Below, piece by piece: positions 57,599-64,000 of a DNA stretch of 64,000 nucleotides (within the stretch, counting starts at the first letter, position 1; every line of letters starts with the position of its first letter). The notes beneath the pieces are model-generated. The model made no database searches. It had not been told where the DNA came from and worked only from the letters and a program-made list of their open reading frames with translations. The DNA is from Planctomycetota bacterium. GTDB lineage: Bacteria; Planctomycetota; UBA1135; UBA2386. A program made the translations under genes and the position numbers. The stretch spans positions 2,816,001 through 2,880,000 of the forward strand of contig JBKAGP010000001.1 of NCBI GenBank assembly GCA_046290465.1, in the 5' to 3' direction.

Positions 57599-58528
57599 TC
57601 AGGTGGTCAGCGTGACGCGGACGGCCTGGTCGTAGCGGCCGTAGCCGGCCGCACAGACGCGCTTGGCCTTGAACAGGTGCACGTCGTTCAGGAACCCGAT
57701 GTCGGAGTTCTGCGGGTTGCGCTCCGCGAACTGCGTCGGCACCTCGTCCTGCCAGAGCAGCGCGCGCACGTCGCTGTCCGACCGGAACACGAACAGCTGA
57801 TCCTCCGCCGTCAGGCGCGGGTTCATGATCACGCTGATCTGGTAGTCGCTGTTGCGCAGCGTGTTGCTCGCGCCGTTGCCCGAGAACTCGTTGCGGGTCG
57901 CGGACAGCAGGCCCGTGTGCAGGTTGATCGGGCACATGATCGTGAACTGCCGTGCGAACTCGTTGCGCGGCTCGCCCTCGTCGTCCAGGAAGCCGACGAT
58001 CTGCTCGATCGCCTTGAGCGCGACATCGATGCCCTCCTGCGTCGTCAGCTGGTTCGCCGCGGCGACCGTGTGCGAGATGGCGTTGTCGATGGTGTCGCCG
58101 TTCTCGTTGCGGTGGTCCGACGCGAAGAAGTTCTTCTTGTCGTAGGCCTTGCCGTTGGCGTTGAGCAGCAGCGCCGTCAGCAGCGACTGCGGCAGCTGCG
58201 CCGCGCGGGCGGCACGCTCGTTGACGCGGGCCATGATCTGCCCGGTCTTGTCGCGCCGCATGTCGTCTTCCTTGATCTCCAGGATGTTCTGGTAGACGCG
58301 GTTGCGCAGCGACAGCTCGAAGGTCTTGAGCGTCCGCTTGGTCGGGCTGTTCCCGAGCTCCTTCAGAGTCGGGCTATCCGACGCGAAGGTGTAGGTCTCG
58401 ACCTCCTGGTTGGAGTCGTACTGCGAGGCCAGCCGGGAAACCCAGCTGGCGGTCATGGCCTCCTCGAGGCGCTTGAAGAAGGCCCCGATGATCGCGCGCG
58501 ATCCGAGGCCCTTGAGGGTTCCGGGCAT
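57599..58528 (-). CDS. Major capsid protein, Mu gpT-like
   Basis: SNQEVETY, IKEDDMRRDKTG, YDKKNFFASDH, RVCAAGYGRYDQA. Confidence 0.9.
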   Translation of the reverse strand: MPGTLKGLGSRAIIGAFFKRLEEAMTASWVSRLASQYDSNQEVETYTFASDSPTLKELGNSPTKRTLKTFELSLRNRVYQNILEIKEDDMRRDKTGQIMARVNERAARAAQLPQSLLTALLLNANGKAYDKKNFFASDHRNENGDTIDNAISHTVAAANQLTTQEGIDVALKAIEQIVGFLDDEGEPRNEFARQFTIMCPINLHTGLLSATRNEFSGNGASNTLRNSDYQISVIMNPRLTAEDQLFVFRSDSDVRALLWQDEVPTQFAERNPQNSDIGFLNDVHLFKAKRVCAAGYGRYDQAVRVTLTT

Positions 58529-58587
58529 GTCTGTCTCCTGTTCCGTGTCTGTCGTTTGTCCTGTTCCGTCAGAACCGGATCAGCGCA

Positions 58588-59091
58588 CTACTGCGCAATC
58601 CGGCCCTCGCTCTCCGCCTTCCGGTAGGCGAGGAACGCCTGCTTGTCGTCCTTGAACTCCTCGCGGACCTCCGCCGAGGCCTCCCACTCCCTGTCCCACT
58701 TCGACGCGCCCTCCGGCATGCCGGCGATGCGCTCCTCGACGGAACGGGTGTCGGTGCCGCCGTTGTTGCCGGTGGCCAGCGAAGCGGACGCGGGCGGCGC
58801 GACGCGCTGCCGGCGGTCCTCGATCAGCGCCGTGAGCGCCTCCGCCTCCGGCGTGCCGCTGTCGATCAGCTGCTGCGCGACGTCCTTCTGGTCGGGATCG
58901 GCGGCGCGGAGGATCCGCGACGCACGCGCACGCTCGGCGGCGGCCGTGTCGGCCGTGCTGCTGGGCGTGTCGTCGGCACGCGCCTCCGGCTGGGTCTCCG
59001 GCTCGGCGGCCGGCGTCGTCGACGGCGCCGTGGCCTCCGTCGGGGTGGCCGCAGTCTGTTCGTGCGCGGCGCTCTCGTTCGTCTCGGGCAT
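58588..59091 (-). CDS. Nested in-frame scaffolding protein (lambda Nu3-like)
   Basis: GAGGAGG RBS 8 nt before the in-frame ATG 59091 (MPETNESAA...AERARASRI). Confidence 0.65.
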   Translation of the reverse strand: MPETNESAAHEQTAATPTEATAPSTTPAAEPETQPEARADDTPSSTADTAAAERARASRILRAADPDQKDVAQQLIDSGTPEAEALTALIEDRRQRVAPPASASLATGNNGGTDTRSVEERIAGMPEGASKWDREWEASAEVREEFKDDKQAFLAYRKAESEGRIAQ

Positions 59092-60018
59092 CTGAGGTTC
59101 CTCCTCGTCTGGGTGAGCGCCTGCGCCTCCTGTGGCGTCAGGCACGGATTCGGTTGCAGCGGCGCCGCGCGCCATGGCGCGCGCGCGCTTCACGGCGATC
59201 TCGACGTCGCCGATCTCGTCGACGTAGCCCTTGTCCTGGGCCTCGGCGCCGATGTAGATGCGGCCGTCGCCCATCGAGCGCGCAGCCTCGACGTCGATGC
59301 CGCGGCCCTCGGCGATGCTCTCGACGAACATCTCGTGGTAGCGGTCGACCTCGCGCTGCACGTCGGCGCGGTCGGCGTCGCTGACGGCGCCGTTCGATTG
59401 CACGCCGCCCTTGGCCGGCGTGCTCTTCACCACGACGGGCTCGTAGCCGCGGTTCGCGAGCGCGCGGCTGTTGTCGAGGAAGCTGGCGATCACGCCAACC
59501 GATCCGACGGACGAACTGCGCGTCGCGACGATGCGGTTCGCCTGGGATCCCAGGTAGTAGGCGGCCGAGGCCATCATGGCGTCGGTGTGCGCCACGATCG
59601 GCTTCTGGTCGCGTGCGGCGCGGATCTCGGCGGCCAGCTCGTCGATCCCGAGGACGCTGCCGCCGGGAGAGTCGATCTCGAGCACGATCGATCGGACCGA
59701 CGAGTCCGCGACCGCGGCCCGGAGGTCGGAGCGGATGTGCTCGACGGAGGTCCCCACGTTGCTGCAGATGTCGCCGACCGCGCTCGCGCGCTGCGCGATC
59801 ACGCCCTGGATCGGCACGAAGGCAACACCGCGCTCGGTCCGCATCTCGGCGTCGCGCTTCGGCCGGTCGCGACGCGCAGCGGCGGCGATCCCCTCGTCCG
59901 TGATCTTGATGCCGTCCTCGCGGCTGATCAGCAGCTGCATCATGCGACGGTGCGTGCCCTCGTCCATCGCCCATGCGTGCGATAGCGCGAACGTCAGGAT
60001 TCGACTCAGGGTCGTCAT
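58588..60018 (-). CDS. S49 head maturation protease with C-terminal scaffold
   Basis: IDSPGG, MMASAAYYLGS, VGSVGV, GRIYIGAEA..GYVD. Confidence 0.92.
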   Translation of the reverse strand: MTTLSRILTFALSHAWAMDEGTHRRMMQLLISREDGIKITDEGIAAAARRDRPKRDAEMRTERGVAFVPIQGVIAQRASAVGDICSNVGTSVEHIRSDLRAAVADSSVRSIVLEIDSPGGSVLGIDELAAEIRAARDQKPIVAHTDAMMASAAYYLGSQANRIVATRSSSVGSVGVIASFLDNSRALANRGYEPVVVKSTPAKGGVQSNGAVSDADRADVQREVDRYHEMFVESIAEGRGIDVEAARSMGDGRIYIGAEAQDKGYVDEIGDVEIAVKRARAMARGAAATESVPDATGGAGAHPDEEEPQMPETNESAAHEQTAATPTEATAPSTTPAAEPETQPEARADDTPSSTADTAAAERARASRILRAADPDQKDVAQQLIDSGTPEAEALTALIEDRRQRVAPPASASLATGNNGGTDTRSVEERIAGMPEGASKWDREWEASAEVREEFKDDKQAFLAYRKAESEGRIAQ

Positions 60019-61709
60019 GCCTGCTCTGCCTCCGGTTCCTCGTTCTCGTCGTCGTCGGCGCCCTCGTCTTCGAGTTCGCCCTCGTCGCCGACCTGCGGGT
60101 CCAACTCGTCCCCTTCCTCGGGCGGGTCAGGAGGCTCCGTCGCCGGCGGCGCCGACGCGGCTCCCTTGCCCAGGAGCGAGCCGGGCTTCAGCCCGAGCTC
60201 CTCCTCAATCGCCTCCGCCTTCTTGATGTACTCGGCGTTCTTCCGAAGCAGCTCCTCTGCGTCGAGGCCGAGGCGCGCCGCCTCGTCGTACGGCGTCGAG
60301 AGGTGGTTCTCGATGGCAATGCGGCTGCTCTCGATCTCCTTGACGGGATCGACCCAGCCGTAGGCCGGCGGCATCCAGCGGACAGCGAGGAACGGCTTCG
60401 GGTTGTCCCGGAAGCCGGGCGGCATCGGCAGCGTGCCGTCCGAGATCTTCGAACGGATGACGTTGGACCACCACGGCATGCAGAACTGCCGGATCAGCAT
60501 CGCGCGCAGCGCGTCGAACCCGCGGCGGCACTCGAGCAGCATCGAACGCGCGCTGCTGTAGTTCATGCGGCCGAGGTCCTTTGAGACGAGCTCGTAGGAC
60601 AGGCCCTGACTCGCCCAGATCGCGCGAAGGATGCGCGTGACGAACGCGTCGAACTGCGCGCCGGGCCGATTCGGCATGAACGGCTCGATGCTCTCGCCTT
60701 CCTCGAGGTACTCGATCGTGCCGGCCTCGAGGCGCTGCAGCAGCTTGCCCTCGTCGTTCGGACTGCTGCCCGGGCGGAAGTCGCCGCCGTCCAGTTCGGG
60801 CGCACGCTTCACGAACATGGCGATATTGCTGCTCGCGCGCGCGGCGATCAGCTCGCTGCTCAGATACTCGTGCAGGTGGCGGTTGTAGGGCAGCGCTGCC
60901 GCCAACCATGGGACGCCGCGCGTCTGGCCCGGGCGATCGCGCCGGAAGACGTGCTGCACCATGCTGTAGCCGTTCTCCTCTGCCACGACGTAGCTGCCGG
61001 TGAGCCCGGTTCGTGCACCGAAGGAGGCGTCCGCTGGGTGCGAGTCCAGGAAGTGGTATCGGACCGGCTGGCCGCGATCGCCGAGCTCGACGCCCGCGCG
61101 CATCCGATCCGTGTCGATGGCGTTCGGGGACTCCAGCCGGTCGGAGTCGATCAGCTCGCAGAACAGGTCGTTGCCGTCCTTGACCAGGTGCCCGAGGCCT
61201 TCGCCGTCCTGCATCAGCATCCGAACACCGATTCGCTGCAGGTCGCTGAACGAGCCGTAGTTGGTGGCGTCGGCGTGCGGCGCCCACTCGGACCACGCGG
61301 CTTCGCATGCGCCGCGCCAGTCCTGACACTCGCCTTCGGACATGCCGGTCGCCTCGGGCGTGCAGATGCTCTGCGGCAGGATCCCCTTGCCGACCGTGTT
61401 CTCCTCGAGCACGCGCACGGCCGCGGCGGCGTGCGCATCGTCGCGAACCATCGTGCGGGAGGCATCGCGCAGGATCTGCAGGTTCGGGATCGCCTCCGCG
61501 TCGGCGCTGCCGCTGTAGCTGCGGCTGTTGGTCCTGCCGATGCGCGCCGCCTCGTAGGTCAGCAGCCCCTGCGCTCGCAGGCGATGCTGACGCATCTCGA
61601 GCCCCATCTTCGGCATGAAGGTGCCGACCACCCCGTCGACGATGCGCCGCACGGCGCCGCCGACGCCGGAGTAGATCGATTGCAGCTGCTGTTCGGTGCT
61701 CCTCCCCAT
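60015..61709 (-). CDS. Portal protein, lambda family
   Basis: YEAA, DGEGL, RPGQTRGVPW, NYSSAR, GWVDPVKE. Confidence 0.95.
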   Translation of the reverse strand: MGRSTEQQLQSIYSGVGGAVRRIVDGVVGTFMPKMGLEMRQHRLRAQGLLTYEAARIGRTNSRSYSGSADAEAIPNLQILRDASRTMVRDDAHAAAAVRVLEENTVGKGILPQSICTPEATGMSEGECQDWRGACEAAWSEWAPHADATNYGSFSDLQRIGVRMLMQDGEGLGHLVKDGNDLFCELIDSDRLESPNAIDTDRMRAGVELGDRGQPVRYHFLDSHPADASFGARTGLTGSYVVAEENGYSMVQHVFRRDRPGQTRGVPWLAAALPYNRHLHEYLSSELIAARASSNIAMFVKRAPELDGGDFRPGSSPNDEGKLLQRLEAGTIEYLEEGESIEPFMPNRPGAQFDAFVTRILRAIWASQGLSYELVSKDLGRMNYSSARSMLLECRRGFDALRAMLIRQFCMPWWSNVIRSKISDGTLPMPPGFRDNPKPFLAVRWMPPAYGWVDPVKEIESSRIAIENHLSTPYDEAARLGLDAEELLRKNAEYIKKAEAIEEELGLKPGSLLGKGAASAPPATEPPDPPEEGDELDPQVGDEGELEDEGADDDENEEPEAEQA

Positions 61710-64000
61710 CAGTCAAACGCGACCCTCACACTGCCGCCGCCGCGCTTGCGCGCGGCCTGGTGCTGCTGGTGCCTCTGCAGCTTGATGAGCTCGTCGGGAC
61801 TCCGACGCTGCACGGAGTCGCCCGTGGCCGTCGTGTAGCTCGCGACGTCCGGCGAGTCGTGCATGGCATCGGTGAGCGCCTGCTGCTGCTCGGGAGTCGC
61901 CGTCGGACCGTCTTCGCCGCCGGACTCGGCGGGCGCCGCCGGCGGGCTGTCCCCGCCTTCCTCCGGCGCGTCCCCGCCGCCGTCGCCGTCGCCGTCGCTC
62001 ACCGAATCGAACGTGCCCGCAGTCGTCGATCCGTAGATCACCGCGGCCGACCCCGTCGGATGCGACGGCCAGGTCGCGGCCCCATCGAGCGCGGCGTCGA
62101 TCAGGAACCCCTTGCTGATCATGTTGCGCGGGGTCAGGTGCAGCCCGTTGAACTCGCGGTACGGCAGATACGGCATGTTGCCGAACGCGACGTTCGCGAC
62201 GCTGAGGTCGAGCGCGAGGTTGGACGGATCGACGAGGATGCCCCCCTGCATGGAGGCTGCTTGCGCCTGCTGGGCCGCCCGGATCCGCGAGACCTGCTCG
62301 GTGCTGCCGAACGGCGTGCCGGCGTGCAGCTGCACGACGACGCGCGCAGGCGTGTCGCCGCCGACTAGGCCGTCCGTCAGGAACGTCTGGTCGATCGCCT
62401 CCCAGAGGTTGGCGAGGTTGGCGGCGTAGTCGTTCGACTGCGACAGGTCGGCCTCGCCGTTCTCCCAGATGACGGCGACCACCTTCGGCATGTAGCGCTT
62501 GTTCGCCGCGAGGCCGCCGTCGCCGTCGCCCACGTTGACCAGACGGTCCAAGCACGCGGACCACTGCTGCTTGGCGTAGACCCAGCAGGGCGGCGGCCCC
62601 ACCTTCACCGCGATGTCCGAACCCGGCGTGCCGGCGGGGTAGAGCGTCGTCCGGATGCCGGCCTGCACCACCAGCTTCGAAGCTGTGCAGCTGGCCGCGA
62701 TCGCGTAGACGAAGGCGTGCTGGTCGTCGTGGTAGCTCGCGTTCGAGCTCGCGAGCTGCAGCGGGATCAGCGGCAGCGCCGCGCCGCCCTCATCCTGCTG
62801 GCCAATCAGGCCGCCGCTGGTCCCGAACAGGCTGCCGAACACGGCGCCGGCGGCCGACGTGATCTCGACCGTCGAGCCGACCGTCGTGAACGTCAGGTCG
62901 CCGCGCGTGACCGTGCCCTGCGACGCCGTCGGCGACCAGGTCGCGTAGCCGTTCGTGTCGGCCGACACCGACGACGAGTTGATGCCGATCTTGAACAGCA
63001 GGACCTTGCCGAAACGCTCGCGCGCGCGCGCCATGATCGGGATCTCGGGACCGCAGTCGCCCGCGTTGTCCCACGCCGTGTTCGCGCCGTCGCCGCCGAT
63101 GTCGAAGCGCTGGATCTGGCCGTCGACGAAGTTCCAGTGCATGACCTCGTCGGTCGTCGTGTCGACGCCCGACAGCGGCCAGTGCTCGCTCGAGTGGTAG
63201 AGTGTCGGGTCCGCGTCCTGCGGCAGCCACTTCGAAGGGTCGATCAGGCCCTTCACCTGCGACTGGCCCAGGTAGACCACGATCGCGAGCTGCTCGAAGA
63301 ACGATTCGGGGAACGCCACGTCGAGCCCCGACATCTTCCGCCAACCCGCGAGGCCGAGGTTCAGGTAGTCCTCGGGGCGCAGCCACTCGTTGTCGTCGAC
63401 GAACGCGCCAGCGGGCCCCGACGTCAGCGCGACGCCGCCAATCATCTGGTAGTTCGGGCTGCGGACGTGGTTGTGGCTGCTGCTCGTCTGGTCGGCCGAG
63501 TGCCAGTTCTCGCGGATCCGCTTGATCGCCTCGGCCGCGGTGAAGGCCGCGAACGCCGACGTCGGCTGGTAGCCCTGCTCGTCGCTGCGGTGCGACAGGA
63601 TCACGACGTCAGCGCCGATCTCGAGGTTGAAGTCGCTGTCGGTGAGCAGCTCGGCGACCAGGTCGGCGTAGTCCTGCGCGCCGGGGCCGAAGATCGCCTT
63701 GTAGCCGGAGCTGTAGGTGAACGGTGCAGCACCGTTCATCCAGTCGTCGACGTCGCCGGCCGCCGTCAGGCAGGCCTCGAGTCCGCGCAGCGTGGTCCAC
63801 TCGCCGGTCCACGGGAACAGGGCGACCTTGCGCACCTGCGCGGCGCCGCCGGGTTGGCCGGCGGCGTCGTCCCGCGCGGCGATGAAGCGCGCGCGCATGT
63901 TCTCGTAGTGCAGGCTGCCCTTGCGCCACCCGAAGACGGTCGAGTCGGCGGTCGCGGTCGCGCCGCTCGATGCCCCCGTGATCGTGTCCGTCGCCGCGAG
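61709..64000 (-). CDS. SGNH/SASA (sialate O-acetylesterase-like) protein fused to a C-terminal gpW-like domain; 5' end beyond window
   Basis: Frame is open to 64000. YLGQSQ, GPEIP, IWENGEAD, NGLHL motifs; acidic linker; VASYTTATGDSVQRRSPDELIKL; TGATG-coupled to the portal gene. Confidence 0.75.
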   Translation of the reverse strand, partial: LAATDTITGASSGATATADSTVFGWRKGSLHYENMRARFIAARDDAAGQPGGAAQVRKVALFPWTGEWTTLRGLEACLTAAGDVDDWMNGAAPFTYSSGYKAIFGPGAQDYADLVAELLTDSDFNLEIGADVVILSHRSDEQGYQPTSAFAAFTAAEAIKRIRENWHSADQTSSSHNHVRSPNYQMIGGVALTSGPAGAFVDDNEWLRPEDYLNLGLAGWRKMSGLDVAFPESFFEQLAIVVYLGQSQVKGLIDPSKWLPQDADPTLYHSSEHWPLSGVDTTTDEVMHWNFVDGQIQRFDIGGDGANTAWDNAGDCGPEIPIMARARERFGKVLLFKIGINSSSVSADTNGYATWSPTASQGTVTRGDLTFTTVGSTVEITSAAGAVFGSLFGTSGGLIGQQDEGGAALPLIPLQLASSNASYHDDQHAFVYAIAASCTASKLVVQAGIRTTLYPAGTPGSDIAVKVGPPPCWVYAKQQWSACLDRLVNVGDGDGGLAANKRYMPKVVAVIWENGEADLSQSNDYAANLANLWEAIDQTFLTDGLVGGDTPARVVVQLHAGTPFGSTEQVSRIRAAQQAQAASMQGGILVDPSNLALDLSVANVAFGNMPYLPYREFNGLHLTPRNMISKGFLIDAALDGAATWPSHPTGSAAVIYGSTTAGTFDSVSDGDGDGGGDAPEEGGDSPPAAPAESGGEDGPTATPEQQQALTDAMHDSPDVASYTTATGDSVQRRSPDELIKLQRHQQHQAARKRGGGSVRVAFD

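Larger units (their letters stand above)
32993..64000. mobile_element. Prophage (siphovirus-like; lambda-type portal and tail, Mu gpT-type capsid) integrated at tRNA-Phe; continues beyond window
   Basis: Integrase 90 bp after the tRNA 3' end, a repressor, and a contiguous head-tail operon. attR is not in the window. Confidence 0.93.

Overview
High-GC bacterial chromosome. A Planctomycetota-like host is inferred from the membrane-anchored squalene-cyclase-repeat paralogs and the CPXCG and DUF1579 proteins; this is not proven. Bases 1-32.9 kb are host genes: BtpA, GT2/Wzx/GT4 glycan genes, HDOD, TonB, an ABC ATPase, a DEAD-box helicase, Dps, a LOV histidine kinase with a sigma54 activator, a DprE1/E2-like pair, a SurA-like protein, two prenyltransferase-repeat paralogs, flagellin, rpsT, def, ribF, and a B12-binding protein with fasciclin/ECF sigma/anti-sigma genes. 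From tRNA-Phe(GAA) at 32917-32992 to the window end lies a siphovirus-like prophage: integrase, early operon, XRE repressor, accessory cassette, candidate lysis genes, lambda-like tail and head. Most striking observation: three small virion structural domains are each fused as a C-terminal anchor to a large cargo. (1) A capsid decoration/cement domain, 80/136 aa identical to the stand-alone cement gene, carries a beta-helix-like cargo. (2) A gpW-like neck domain carries an SGNH/SASA esterase cargo. (3) A gpM-like distal-tail domain carries an unknown ~480-aa cargo, with a second stand-alone gpM-like gene elsewhere. Together these suggest a modular virion enzyme-display system. Two candidate light-sensing circuits have promoter elements visible in the DNA: LOV-HK/NtrC with a sigma54 promoter driving a stress gene and dps, and SigK-like promoters driving fasciclin and a CarH/AerR-type B12 protein. 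All family calls come from motif recognition by eye; no database searches were run.
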